A stretch of 56,727 nucleotides of DNA from a virus (taxonomy: Duplodnaviria > Caudoviricetes). This document shows, one piece after another, positions 8,198-18,335 of this stretch (the stretch's first letter is position 1; each line of letters opens with the position of its first letter). The notes under the pieces were generated by a model. That model saw only the letters and a program-made list of their open reading frames with translations. It was not told where the DNA came from and did not search any database. The stretch is from positions 1 to 56,727 of the IMG/VR virus record IMGVR_UViG_3300024518_000353; one strand, 5' to 3'. The translations under genes and the position numbers were made by a program.

Positions 8198-9253
8198 ATG
8201 GCAGATGATGCAGTAAAAAAAGACTCAGAAGAATGGGGTAATATTGATACCTCTAAACCTGAGACCAAAGAAGATAAAGTAGACTTTGAGGTTGAAAACT
8301 CTTCTGAAGAAGTTAAGGTTGAACCTGTAGTTGAAACTAAACAAGAAGAAAAAGTTGAAGCTGTAGTTGAAGAAACTAAAAAGGAAAAACCTGAAGAAGA
8401 AACTCAACCTGAAGAACAAACTGACGAAGCTGAAGGAATAGAATCCAAAAGAGCACAAAAAAGAATACGTCAATTAGTTCGTCAAAGAAAAGAAAAGGAA
8501 GAAGAAGTTGCTAGACTTTTATCTGATAAACAAGAACTTGAAAAAAGATTAACAGCAAATCAAACAAATCAATTTGATTTAACTAAAACAAGTATTGAGT
8601 CTCAGGAAAAAGGTTTGGAAAATCAACTGAATCTTGCTAAACAAAACTACTTAGATGCTTTTGAAAAAGATGACAAGAATCAATTATTAAAAGCACAAGA
8701 AGCTTTGAATGAAGCACAAATTAATTTAAATAATGTTAAAACAAATAAGGTAAGTTTTGAAAGAGATTACGAGAATTACCAGAACGCAGTTAAACAACAA
8801 CCTGTACAATCACAACAACAGGCAGTACCACAACAACCACAGTATGACCCTAAAGCAGTTGAATGGGCAGAAAAGAATGAGTGGTTTGGTCAAGATAAAA
8901 TGATGACTGCAGCAGCATTAGCTTTAGATGCTCAGTTAAAAGAAGAAGGTTTCGACCCAGCAGATAATGATTTTTATACTGAAGTAGATAGTAGGTTAAA
9001 AGAAACATTTCCAACTAAGTTTGAAAAAGCTGAGTCAACTCAAAAAGTTCGTCAGAAGGGCACGTCAAGTCCTTCTCAAGTAGTAGCAGGAACGTCTCGC
9101 ACTCCTGCTTCCAAGAAGGTTAAACTGACACAAGAAGATGTTAGATTAGCTCAGAAATGGAATATACCACTTGATAGATATGCTCAAGAAAAATCACGAG
9201 TAGGTGATTCTGAAGAGTATTCAACAATAACAACAATGCGTAGGAGTTCATAA
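8198..9253 (+). CDS. Capsid scaffolding protein
   Basis: Acidic N-terminus, long coiled coil, position upstream of MCP; AGGAG RBS before ATG 8198. Confidence 0.75.
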   Translation: MADDAVKKDSEEWGNIDTSKPETKEDKVDFEVENSSEEVKVEPVVETKQEEKVEAVVEETKKEKPEEETQPEEQTDEAEGIESKRAQKRIRQLVRQRKEKEEEVARLLSDKQELEKRLTANQTNQFDLTKTSIESQEKGLENQLNLAKQNYLDAFEKDDKNQLLKAQEALNEAQINLNNVKTNKVSFERDYENYQNAVKQQPVQSQQQAVPQQPQYDPKAVEWAEKNEWFGQDKMMTAAALALDAQLKEEGFDPADNDFYTEVDSRLKETFPTKFEKAESTQKVRQKGTSSPSQVVAGTSRTPASKKVKLTQEDVRLAQKWNIPLDRYAQEKSRVGDSEEYSTITTMRRSS

Positions 9254-9254
9254 C

Positions 9255-9746
9255 ATGACTATAAATAAAATAAAACGTACTGAAGAAACACGAGAAGCTA
9301 CTTCAATAAAAGAAACATCTTCATTTGAAGACCAAAACTATTTATCAATTCCTGATAATGTAAAAAATAAATTTGAAAGTCAGGGAATGGCATTAAGATG
9401 GATTAGGATTACTTTAAGTGGAGAAGATGATTATAAAAATGTAGGGAAAAAACAACGAGAAGGTTGGATTTTTGTTACACCTGAAGAAGTTCCTGAATTA
9501 TCTTCTACCTCAATCGTAAAAGGAGAAGGCAAATATAAAGGTGTAGTTTCCATGGGAGACGTAGCACTGGCAAAGATGTCAACAGAAAGAGTCATGGCAA
9601 GGCAAAAATACTATCAGGATAAACATAAATCACAAGAGGAAGCTTTAGATGCTAACTTACGTGCTCAATCTGATTCTAAAATGCCAATAACGAACTCAAG
9701 TAAATCAACAGTTACAAGAGGTCGAGAACCACGTTTTCAAAGATAG
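9255..9746 (+). CDS. Conserved head-region protein
   Basis: LRWIR...REGWIFV motif; between scaffold and capsid genes. Confidence 0.7.
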   Translation: MTINKIKRTEETREATSIKETSSFEDQNYLSIPDNVKNKFESQGMALRWIRITLSGEDDYKNVGKKQREGWIFVTPEEVPELSSTSIVKGEGKYKGVVSMGDVALAKMSTERVMARQKYYQDKHKSQEEALDANLRAQSDSKMPITNSSKSTVTRGREPRFQR

Positions 9747-9788
9747 CTTGTAATATATATTAATAATCTATTTTAAGGAGAAAAAACA

Positions 9789-10370
9789 ATGAGTTCAAGT
9801 AAAGCACTCTTTGGTTTAATTCCTCTAAGAAAAGTTGGTTCAAATGCTAATTCAAGTGGACAATCTTCATATGATATAGCAAATGGAACATCAGCAAATA
9901 TTTTCTTTGGGGATGCTGTAAAGATAGCTAGTGGGTTTATTACACCTATTACTACGACTACAGACTATCCAATAGGTGTCTTTGTTGGGTGTGAATATAC
10001 TGACCCAACTTCAGGACAACCTACTTGGTCTAGACACTTTCCTGCAGCTGTCTCAAGCAAAATTGGTGTACCAAAAGGATTTGTGGTTGATGACCCAAAT
10101 GCTACATTCATGATGCAAGCCGATGCTTCAGTTACTGCAGGTGATATTAACGGAATGAACTTTGCTGTTACTTTAGGTACAGGTGATACTGTAACGAGTA
10201 ATTCAGGTTTTGGAATTAAAGCTGCGAGTAGAGCAACTACTCATTTAGCTGTAAGACCAATTGCAGTTATTACTGAGCCAGGAAATGGTCTATCAGCTAC
10301 TGATGGAGCTTTTCCAAAGCTAGAAGTAAAGATAGTTCAACATGCTCTTACAAGAGTATCAGCAGCATAA
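9789..10370 (+). CDS. Putative capsid decoration/cement protein
   Basis: Beta-rich, Gly/Ala/Thr-rich 193-aa protein directly before MCP (IGVFVGCEYTD, VVDDP). Confidence 0.6.
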   Translation: MSSSKALFGLIPLRKVGSNANSSGQSSYDIANGTSANIFFGDAVKIASGFITPITTTTDYPIGVFVGCEYTDPTSGQPTWSRHFPAAVSSKIGVPKGFVVDDPNATFMMQADASVTAGDINGMNFAVTLGTGDTVTSNSGFGIKAASRATTHLAVRPIAVITEPGNGLSATDGAFPKLEVKIVQHALTRVSAA

Positions 10371-10389
10371 ATAGAAAGGGAAGGATAAT

Positions 10390-11298
10390 ATGGCTATAAA
10401 TAGAGCAAGTATTGCAAAACAACTTCTTCCAGGTCTTAATGCTGTTTTTGGTATTGAGTATGGAGATGTTAATGACGAACACAAATCTTTATTTGAAATT
10501 GAAAATTCAGATAGAGCATTTGAAGAGGAAGTGCTTTTCACAGGATTTGCTACTGCACCAACAAAGTCTGAGGGTGCTGCAGTATCTTTTGATAACGCAC
10601 AAGAATCATACACAGCTAGATATAATCACGAAACAGTTGCTTTAGCTTTCGCAGTTACTGAGGAAGCAATGGAAGACAACTTGTACGATACTTTTTCAAA
10701 AGTTCGTGCTCGTGCATTAGCTCGTGCTATGGCAAACACTAAGCAAGTTAAAGGTGCTGCTATATTCAATAATGGATTTGCAGCAGGTGATTATGCTATT
10801 GGTGATGGTAAAGCATTTTTTGCTTCTAACCACCCAACAACTACAGCAGGTGACCAAAGTAACTTGTTAGCAGCTTCAGATTTAGCTGAAGCAGCTTTAG
10901 AAACAGCATTAATTTCGATTGATGGAACTAAAGATGACAGAGACATCCTAGTGGGTGCACAAGCTAAGTCTTTACATATTCCATCTGACTTGAAATTTAC
11001 TGCAGATAAGCTTTTAGCTTCTCCAGGTAAAGTAGGGTCTGCAAACAACGACATTAATGCAATCAGAAATATGGGAGTAGTTCCTGATGGATATTTTGTA
11101 AACAGAAGATTTACAAATTCCAACGATTACTTCATTAAAACTGACGTTCCTAATGGTACTAAAATGTTTGTTAGAGTTCCTCTACAAACTAAAATGGAAC
11201 CTGATTTCGATACAGGAAACATTCGATTTAAAGCAAGAGAAAGATATTCTTTTGGTGTTTCTGATTGGAGAGGTTTCTATGGTTCAGCAGGAAGCTAA
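10390..11298 (+). CDS. Major capsid protein (HK97 fold)
   Basis: MAINRASIAKQLLPGLNAVFG, TEEAMEDNLY and KARERYSFGVSDWRG motifs; strong terminator follows. Confidence 0.9.
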   Translation: MAINRASIAKQLLPGLNAVFGIEYGDVNDEHKSLFEIENSDRAFEEEVLFTGFATAPTKSEGAAVSFDNAQESYTARYNHETVALAFAVTEEAMEDNLYDTFSKVRARALARAMANTKQVKGAAIFNNGFAAGDYAIGDGKAFFASNHPTTTAGDQSNLLAASDLAEAALETALISIDGTKDDRDILVGAQAKSLHIPSDLKFTADKLLASPGKVGSANNDINAIRNMGVVPDGYFVNRRFTNSNDYFIKTDVPNGTKMFVRVPLQTKMEPDFDTGNIRFKARERYSFGVSDWRGFYGSAGS

Positions 11299-11307
11299 AC
11301 AATAACT

Positions 11308-11337
11308 TATAAAGGGTCTCTTTTGAGACCCTTTATA
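11308..11337 (+). terminator. Intrinsic terminator after MCP
   Basis: Perfect 13-bp stem TATAAAGGGTCTC-TTTT-GAGACCCTTTATA. Confidence 0.8.
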
Positions 11338-11359
11338 TTATATATAAGGAATAATAAGA

Positions 11360-11641
11360 ATGACTAATTTAACAGCAATAGAATATTCAGCTATTACTAC
11401 AGCAGCAGCAACGTCTACTGTTCGTTCATTTGGTACAAGAATAAGAGGTTTTAATGTTGCTAATATTAAAAATGTAGTAGGTGCTTTTGAAATTAAAAAT
11501 GGTACTACTTCAAGAATTAAAATTGTATTACCAGCAAATGGGACACTTGATACTTATTTAGCAGATGAAGGTATTAGATGTGAAGATGATGTTACAGTAA
11601 GTGTTACACCTAGTGTTTATGCAACAATTTATTACGGATAA
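11360..11641 (+). CDS. Small virion-region protein
   Basis: Beta-rich 93-aa protein after MCP, AAGGA RBS. Confidence 0.65.
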   Translation: MTNLTAIEYSAITTAAATSTVRSFGTRIRGFNVANIKNVVGAFEIKNGTTSRIKIVLPANGTLDTYLADEGIRCEDDVTVSVTPSVYATIYYG

Positions 11642-11656
11642 TTTTGGGGATGTTAA

Positions 11657-12313
11657 GTGGCAGATTATACAACATTAACAACAGATATAATTAACACAAC
11701 AGAAAATGATTCAACTGAATTTTTAAATCAGTTACCTAATATTGTTAATAGAGCAGAGGAAAGATTAACAGATGAATTAGATGATTATGGTTTAGTAACC
11801 TATACTTCAGTAGCAGTTTCTCAAGGAAACAACATAGTTACTTTACCAACAGGAACAAGAATTTTAAAAAACTTTAATGTTGTTGTTAATGGTAAGAGAA
11901 CAAGTATTCTAGTAAAGACTGATGAATATTTAAGAGATTACTGGAATGTTTCTGCCTCAACAGGTGAACCAAAGTATTATGCACATAAAGATAATACAAC
12001 CATAATGGTAGCACCTACACCTTCATCAACAAGTAATGGTGAGATAGTACACGTAACAAGACCAACAACTTTAACGTCAGCTTCACCTACTAATTATTTT
12101 ACTGGGTTTTGTTATAACGCATTGTTTAATGCTTGTTTAGTTGAGTCGTATATCTTTATGAAAAACTTTCAAGTTATACCAGCTATGGAACAAAACTATC
12201 AATCAGCAATTGCAGTTGTTAGAAACAGAGCCAGAAGATTTAGAAGAGACGATATGACAAGACCTGCAAGTCCTGCAGGAGCAGATGATACAGTCGTAGA
12301 TGGGAGTAATTAA
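11657..12313 (+). CDS. Head-tail adaptor-like protein
   Basis: GEPKYYA...VAPTP motif typical of podovirus adaptor/tail tubular proteins. Confidence 0.65.
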   Translation: MADYTTLTTDIINTTENDSTEFLNQLPNIVNRAEERLTDELDDYGLVTYTSVAVSQGNNIVTLPTGTRILKNFNVVVNGKRTSILVKTDEYLRDYWNVSASTGEPKYYAHKDNTTIMVAPTPSSTSNGEIVHVTRPTTLTSASPTNYFTGFCYNALFNACLVESYIFMKNFQVIPAMEQNYQSAIAVVRNRARRFRRDDMTRPASPAGADDTVVDGSN

Positions 12314-12405
12314 TGGCAATCAGTAGAAGTTCAATACCACAACAGATAATGAAACCTGGTCGTAAACGTATAAAAAAATTTAAACAAGGAAAAAGTAGTA
12401 GATAA
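12313..12405 (+). CDS. 30-aa basic microprotein with MCP-like N-terminus
   Basis: MAISRSSIPQQIMKPGRKRIKKFKQGKSSR; GGGAG RBS, TAATG-coupled, stops just before the next ATG at 12407; not in the track. Confidence 0.75.
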   Translation: MAISRSSIPQQIMKPGRKRIKKFKQGKSSR

Positions 12406-12406
12406 A

Positions 12407-13270
12407 ATGCTAAATTTAAAAGAAAAAGCCAAAGGAAGAAAAACTAAAAGTAAAATAATGTCTGATAAAAATGTTAAGGTAAAAAACCAAACATCTACAA
12501 TAATGAAAAAAGGTAAAGGAGAGTCGTCTAAAGAAAGTGGTAGAATTGAACAAAAACGTAAACAACAAACTCCCACAACAAAAACTGGATTTCAGGCAAC
12601 AGAGCCTATGACTTCTCGCAGGTTAAAACAATCTTCAGACAAATCAAAAGGTAACAAACCTATTGTACCAAGTATTACAGAGAAAAGTGTTGCTGCTTCA
12701 AGAACAGGAAGAGCAACGAGAGTTAAAGAACCTGTAAAAGGAAATATTGGTGAAATAAAAACAAAAAATAAGTCTAATAAAATTGAAGAAAAAAGACAAC
12801 AAAGAAAAAGTTTATTAAAAAATATTGGAGAGTTTAAAACTTCAGGACCAACAAAAATACAAGAAGAAAGAAAAAAAAGAGTAAGACAAACTACTTTTCC
12901 AGTAAAAGATAAATCAATAAAAACTTCATCTAAAATTTCAGAAATTGAAAAAGAAAAATTTAGAAAACCAGTTCCTGGTAATAGACCTGGAGTAGTAAAA
13001 ACATCTGGACCTTCAATTGTTGATAAAAGTAAAGAAAGTGACAGACCTACATCAAGGTTAGATAAAATTAAAACTAGAGCAAAAATGGTTATGGATAATA
13101 TAGCTAGAAGTGCAGATAATCTTTATCCTTCTAAACAAGCTAAAGATATTGTTATAAGAAAATCTGTTGGTGGTAGACTTGATGATTTAGGTTATGAAGA
13201 AGTTGATAAAAGACCAACTTCTAAAAACAATCGTAGCTATCGTGGATATGGTGCTGCAAGAAAAAATTAA
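12407..13270 (+). CDS. Highly basic, low-complexity protein
   Basis: K/R/S/T-rich, repeated KTSGP, C-terminal KSVGG and RGYGAARK. Confidence 0.75.
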   Translation: MLNLKEKAKGRKTKSKIMSDKNVKVKNQTSTIMKKGKGESSKESGRIEQKRKQQTPTTKTGFQATEPMTSRRLKQSSDKSKGNKPIVPSITEKSVAASRTGRATRVKEPVKGNIGEIKTKNKSNKIEEKRQQRKSLLKNIGEFKTSGPTKIQEERKKRVRQTTFPVKDKSIKTSSKISEIEKEKFRKPVPGNRPGVVKTSGPSIVDKSKESDRPTSRLDKIKTRAKMVMDNIARSADNLYPSKQAKDIVIRKSVGGRLDDLGYEEVDKRPTSKNNRSYRGYGAARKN

Positions 13271-13286
13271 ACAAAGGAGTAAATAA

Positions 13287-13781
13287 ATGACAATATTAAC
13301 TAAAGGTGTTAGAAGCTTATTAAAATCAATGCCAAAAATGACAGGTAAAGATGCTCTACCTGATAAATCTTTAAAAAATATTAAAGTTGATGATTATTTT
13401 GCATTAAATCAAAATTCAGGTAAACAATTTAAAGTTAAATCAAAGTTTAGAGAAAAAGGTAAAAGTAAGGTTGAAATTGCTCCTGTAGAAGATTACAATA
13501 ATAGTAGAGTGGTTAATGCTGATAAAAAAGTTTTTTATAACAATAATGTATTACCTGACCAATATGAAGACATAGCTGAACAATTAACTGATATGTTAGG
13601 AAAAAAAATTAGTCCTTCAAAGGCAAAGAGTATGGTTAAAGCTATGCAAGAAAAAAAACCAATAAGATTATTAAAAGGTAAAACAATTCCTAAACCAAAA
13701 AAATTATTTACTGGTGGTAGAGTAGGTTCACCTAAAGGAGCTGGAGCTGCATTAAGAGGATTTGGTAAAGGATATAAATAA
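13287..13781 (+). CDS. Basic protein with C-terminal LFTGG and GAGAALRG motifs
   Basis: AAGGAG RBS; K-rich. Confidence 0.75.
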   Translation: MTILTKGVRSLLKSMPKMTGKDALPDKSLKNIKVDDYFALNQNSGKQFKVKSKFREKGKSKVEIAPVEDYNNSRVVNADKKVFYNNNVLPDQYEDIAEQLTDMLGKKISPSKAKSMVKAMQEKKPIRLLKGKTIPKPKKLFTGGRVGSPKGAGAALRGFGKGYK

Positions 13782-14465
13782 ATGGCTTATAATCCTTCAG
13801 GCACATATGACTTTAATTTAGAGATAGGTGATGTCATTCAGGAAGCTACTGAGATGATTGGTGGTGAAGTAACTCTTGGTGAAGAACCTAGAAGTTCAAG
13901 AAGGTCTATTAATTTAATTTTAAGTGACTGGCAGAATAGAGGTATTTGTTTATGGACAACTAATACAACTATTGTTAGTGTTGCTGCAAGTACAACTGCA
14001 GTAAGTTTAGGTAGTCATGTAAGTGACGTTATGCAAGTTGTAGTTAATAGAGACAATACAGATTTAAATTTAACTCGTATATCTTATGAAGAATGGTTGA
14101 AACTTCCTAACAAAGGACAGACTGGTAGACCTTCTCAGTATGCAATTAAAAGATTAGCAAATAATGTCGAGTTATATATGTGGGCATTATCAGATAATAA
14201 TAATGATAAATTAAAAATTGAAAAGATTGACTATATGCAGGATGTAGATAAATCAGCAATACAAACTGCAGAGATGCCAAGAAGATTTTTACCTGCATTA
14301 ACAGTTGGTCTAGCTTATTATATGTCGCTTAAAAGACCAGGTATAAGTGAGGCAAGGGCAAAGTTTTTAAAACAGGAATATGAAGAAAGACTTTCATTTG
14401 CCATGACTGAAGATAAAGAACGTGCATCATTATATGTTACTCCTAGATATACAAATATATATTAG
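13782..14465 (+). CDS. Second adaptor/tail tubular-like protein
   Basis: SGTYDFNL, WQNRGI and LPNKGQTGRPSQY motifs. Confidence 0.65.
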   Translation: MAYNPSGTYDFNLEIGDVIQEATEMIGGEVTLGEEPRSSRRSINLILSDWQNRGICLWTTNTTIVSVAASTTAVSLGSHVSDVMQVVVNRDNTDLNLTRISYEEWLKLPNKGQTGRPSQYAIKRLANNVELYMWALSDNNNDKLKIEKIDYMQDVDKSAIQTAEMPRRFLPALTVGLAYYMSLKRPGISEARAKFLKQEYEERLSFAMTEDKERASLYVTPRYTNIY

Positions 14466-14467
14466 GA

Positions 14468-14647
14468 ATGGTATATAAAAAAAGTAAAGGATTAGTTTCT
14501 GAAAATAAAAAAAGAATGTATAAAGGTAAGGAAGTAAAACCTGTATTATATTCAACAGAGACAGGTAAAAAAAGAATGGTAGGGCAAGTCGAAGGTGAAC
14601 TTATATTAGATAATCAAGGATACCCCATACCTTTAAAACAATTATAG
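14468..14647 (+). CDS. Hypothetical 59-aa protein
   Basis: Fills the intergenic gap (MVYKKSKG...PIPLKQL); not in the track. Confidence 0.55.
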   Translation: MVYKKSKGLVSENKKRMYKGKEVKPVLYSTETGKKRMVGQVEGELILDNQGYPIPLKQL

Positions 14648-14654
14648 GTGGTAG

Positions 14655-14945
14655 ATGGCAACAGGAAAAAGAACATTAGCAGTTTGTGATACATGTGGAT
14701 TTGTTTATCCACATAGAGTTATGCAGAAAAATAGCTATGGTTTAATTGTTTGTCCTACTGATTTTGATGGTGCTTATGATGAAAAAAATCATCCACAGAA
14801 TAAAGCACCTAATTTAAAAGAAGACCCATCTATTAGAGACCCAAGACCTACACGTAGTGAAGCATTTACCAGTTGGGAACGTCAGACTACAAATTGGGAA
14901 GCAACAACAAACTTTTGGAATATAGTGAGTAATACAGATGCCTGA
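14655..14945 (+). CDS. Small Cys-containing virion-region protein
   Basis: CDTCGF...VCP and HPQN...DPRP motifs. Confidence 0.7.
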   Translation: MATGKRTLAVCDTCGFVYPHRVMQKNSYGLIVCPTDFDGAYDEKNHPQNKAPNLKEDPSIRDPRPTRSEAFTSWERQTTNWEATTNFWNIVSNTDA

Positions 14946-16953
14946 TTTAACTGGAACAAAAATATCGAATACATATAAAAGACTTCTACAAGTTAATGCT
15001 TCAGATAATGAAGGAATAACTTCATCCCTACAGACTATTCAGTCAGGTGATAATACTAATTCACCTTTACAACTTTCAAACTCTACATTAAATGTTAATG
15101 GTACTTTTGCAATAGGTGGTGTAAACTTAACTGCAACTGTTTCATCTTTAAATGCAACTGCAGATATTGCAGGTAGTCAAGGTTATGTAGTTGTATCAGG
15201 AACTAATGTTTATAAAAGAACTTTTTCTGAAGGTAATGGTATTACATTATCAAATGCAGATGGTGTTGCAAGTAATACAGGTATTGCCTTAACAAGTACA
15301 ATTTCGAATATTCAAAGCTTTGGTGCTTCAGCAGTTTCAGCTACAACAATAACTGTAGCAAAAACTATTCATTCTTCAATTGTAAGTGCAGCAGATATAA
15401 GAGCAGCTACAGTAAGTACAGCAGTTTTAAAATCACCTTCAGTTTCAATTACAGGTGGTTCAGTTAGTTTAGCTTCAGGTGAAATAAAAGACTTTACAGC
15501 TACATCTATTGCAGCATCAGTTATTGACGCAGCAACAGGTACATTTACAGGAGTAGTTTCAGCATCAGGTTTTGCAGGAGATGGTTCACAATTAACAAAT
15601 GTTCCTTCTGCTGAAGGTGGTACAGTACAAGCTATTAAACCTGGAACAGGTCTTGCAGCAACTGTTAATGGTGCATCAGCAACAACTATTACAGTTAGTG
15701 GTACATTAAATGTTAATCCTAATCAATCTTTTGGAACAGTTTCAGTTTCAACAGGTTTAGTTGTTCCACAAGGAGCAATAACTTTTTCAGTACCAGTAAG
15801 TGGTACTTCAGCAGTCTTTACAGGTAATGTATCAGCAGCAAACGTGTACGCAGCTACAGCTATCTACATAGGAGGGTCAGCAATCCCTTCTGCTTCAGAC
15901 ATAGCTGCAGTTTCAGCACTAACAAAAACTAATTTAGACTCTATAACGTCTGCAAATACAGTTATTGCTGCAGTTTCAGCTTTAACTTCAGTAAATAAAG
16001 TAGATATTGCAACAAATGTAGCAGCAATTACGTCTGCAAATACAGTAATAGGTGCAGTTTCAGTATTAACGTCAGTAAATAAGGCAAGTATAGCTACAAA
16101 TGTAGCAGCAATTACTTCAATTAACTCAATTATAGGTGATGGTGGAAATTATGCAACAAGTGCTGAACTTGCAACAGTCTCTTCTGCACTTGCAACAAGT
16201 ATTGGTAACACAAACACTGCATTAGCTACTACTTCAGCAGCTTTAGCGACAAGTATTGGCAATAGTAATACTGTAATAGGTGCAGTTTCCGTATTAACTA
16301 AAACTAATTTAGATGCAATTACTTCAATTAATACAGTTGTAGGTAATGTTTCATCAACTCTTGCAACAAGTATTGCAAATGTTTCATCAACTATGGCAAC
16401 TTCCATAGGAAATTCAAATACTAACATTGCAGCAGTATCAGTTTTAACTTCAGTTAATCTTGCAAGAATTGCAGCAACTTCAGCAGCATTAGCAACAAGT
16501 ATAGGTAATCAATTACCTAAAGCAGGTGGTACAATTACAGGTACTGTGTCTGCTCAATCAGTTTATGTTAGTGCATTGGGTGCAAATACAACTGCAACTC
16601 TTGGAAAAAGAATAAGAATGGATGGTGCAGCAGTAGCTGACATAGTAAGTTTAACAGATGGTGCAACTATTAATGTTGACTTTAATAATTCTCAAAATTT
16701 TGCAGTACAGTTAGGTGGTAATCGTGCATTAGGTAATCCAAGTAATTGTGTTCCAGGACAAACAGGAAGTTTCTTTTTTATTCAAGACGGAACTGGAAGT
16801 AGAACTTTATCATTTGGTGCAAACTATAAATTTGCAGGAGGTACTGCACCAACTTTAACCACAACAGCAGGAATAACAGACAGACTTGATTACATTGTTT
16901 ATTCATCAACTGCTGTACATGCAATAGCAACTTTAAATGTGAGTACATCATAA
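14938..16953 (+). CDS. Tail fibre protein (Ser/Thr/Ala-rich, internal repeats)
   Basis: Low-complexity shaft; C-terminal QDGTGSRTLSF...GTAPTLTT domain shared with 21562-22536. Confidence 0.75.
   Translation: MPDLTGTKISNTYKRLLQVNASDNEGITSSLQTIQSGDNTNSPLQLSNSTLNVNGTFAIGGVNLTATVSSLNATADIAGSQGYVVVSGTNVYKRTFSEGNGITLSNADGVASNTGIALTSTISNIQSFGASAVSATTITVAKTIHSSIVSAADIRAATVSTAVLKSPSVSITGGSVSLASGEIKDFTATSIAASVIDAATGTFTGVVSASGFAGDGSQLTNVPSAEGGTVQAIKPGTGLAATVNGASATTITVSGTLNVNPNQSFGTVSVSTGLVVPQGAITFSVPVSGTSAVFTGNVSAANVYAATAIYIGGSAIPSASDIAAVSALTKTNLDSITSANTVIAAVSALTSVNKVDIATNVAAITSANTVIGAVSVLTSVNKASIATNVAAITSINSIIGDGGNYATSAELATVSSALATSIGNTNTALATTSAALATSIGNSNTVIGAVSVLTKTNLDAITSINTVVGNVSSTLATSIANVSSTMATSIGNSNTNIAAVSVLTSVNLARIAATSAALATSIGNQLPKAGGTITGTVSAQSVYVSALGANTTATLGKRIRMDGAAVADIVSLTDGATINVDFNNSQNFAVQLGGNRALGNPSNCVPGQTGSFFFIQDGTGSRTLSFGANYKFAGGTAPTLTTTAGITDRLDYIVYSSTAVHAIATLNVSTS
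15898..16510 (+). repeat. Coding repeats in the tail fibre shaft
   Basis: Repeated I(A/G)AVS(A/V)LT(K/S)xN, ATNVAAITS and S(A/T)LATSI(G/A)N units. Confidence 0.85.
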
Positions 16954-18335
16954 TGGCATTATTTCAAAATAATTTATTAATGGGTGCAGCTTCTCAAAGT
17001 GGTAGTAGTGGTTATTCTATAGACCAATCAATTAGATTTAATCCAAGTGATTCAGCTTATATGTCAAGAACACAAGATACTGCTGCCAGTAAACAGAAAT
17101 TTACTTTTTCCTGGTGGATGAAACTTGGGGTAGTTGATGATGAAATGGTTGTTATATCAGGTGGTGCAAGTTCAAGATGGCTTTTAAGATTTAATACTGC
17201 TCAACAATTAACCTTTAGATTAACTAATGGTACTACTGAAAAGACTATGACAACAACTATGAAGTTCAGAGATAATTCAGCTTGGTATCATTGTGTATGG
17301 ACAGCTGATTGCACAAATGATATTTCTTCTGATTATTCACGTTTCTTTGTAAATGGAGAAAGAGTTGCAATGACAGGAACTCAACCAAGTGCTGATACTG
17401 ATTTTGCTGGATATGGAGATGCGACAACTGCTGCAATAGGTTGTCTTGCTCATTCTTTAGGAACTGGGGATTTTAATGGCTATTTGGCTGAAATGGTACT
17501 TATAGATAATCAGGCATTAACACCAAGTTCTTTTGGAGAATTATCAGATGATGGAATATGGCGACCTAAAGATGTGTCAGGATTGACTTTTTCCACTAAT
17601 GGATTTTGGGTTGATGGTAGAGATAGTGGAGATTTGGGAGATGATGAATCTGGAAATGGGAATGACTGGAGCACATCAGGTCTTGCTACTCATGACCAAT
17701 TTCTTGACTCACCTACAAATAATTTTTGTACTATGAATCCTTTAGCTAATAGATTAATAACCTATAAAAATGGAAACATGGAATCTAATGCAACAAGTCA
17801 AACAACTGCACATAAAACAGTAAAATCCACATTAGGTATTCCACCTTCAGCAACTGGAAAATATTATTTTGAATGGCAAGTTCCAAGTTCAACAGCTTCT
17901 GGTGATGTAGATATAATTGGGTTTTGTGATTTAGAAGATGGAACAAATACAGAAAGTAGCACAGTCAATAGTGGTAGAGGATATGGCATAGGATATAAAA
18001 TAGGTACAGGAAGTGTTTATGCTGGAACTGGTTGGACAGCAAACTCATTTACATTTGGTGGCTTTGTAGCTAGTAATTATTATGGTTTTGCCTATGATGC
18101 ATCTACAGGAAAGTTATATATTTATCAAAATGGTTCAGCTTTAAACTCTGGAGCTCATGTTGCAACTTTTGATAAAAGCTCAACAATAGCACCAGGCTAC
18201 AGTCAATATAATAATACAAGCACATACAATTTTTTTAATGGAGCACAAACATCATTAACTAACAGTAATTTTAATTATGCACCACCTACTGGTTATGTGC
18301 CAATCAATACAGCAAATATAGGAGATGAATTTTAA
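16953..18335 (+). CDS. LamG/concanavalin-like plus SPRY-like tail protein
   Basis: YSIDQSIRFN, FRDNSAWYHCV, NGYLAE, DSPTNNFCT, GKYYFE and APPTGY motifs. Confidence 0.75.
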   Translation: MALFQNNLLMGAASQSGSSGYSIDQSIRFNPSDSAYMSRTQDTAASKQKFTFSWWMKLGVVDDEMVVISGGASSRWLLRFNTAQQLTFRLTNGTTEKTMTTTMKFRDNSAWYHCVWTADCTNDISSDYSRFFVNGERVAMTGTQPSADTDFAGYGDATTAAIGCLAHSLGTGDFNGYLAEMVLIDNQALTPSSFGELSDDGIWRPKDVSGLTFSTNGFWVDGRDSGDLGDDESGNGNDWSTSGLATHDQFLDSPTNNFCTMNPLANRLITYKNGNMESNATSQTTAHKTVKSTLGIPPSATGKYYFEWQVPSSTASGDVDIIGFCDLEDGTNTESSTVNSGRGYGIGYKIGTGSVYAGTGWTANSFTFGGFVASNYYGFAYDASTGKLYIYQNGSALNSGAHVATFDKSSTIAPGYSQYNNTSTYNFFNGAQTSLTNSNFNYAPPTGYVPINTANIGDEF

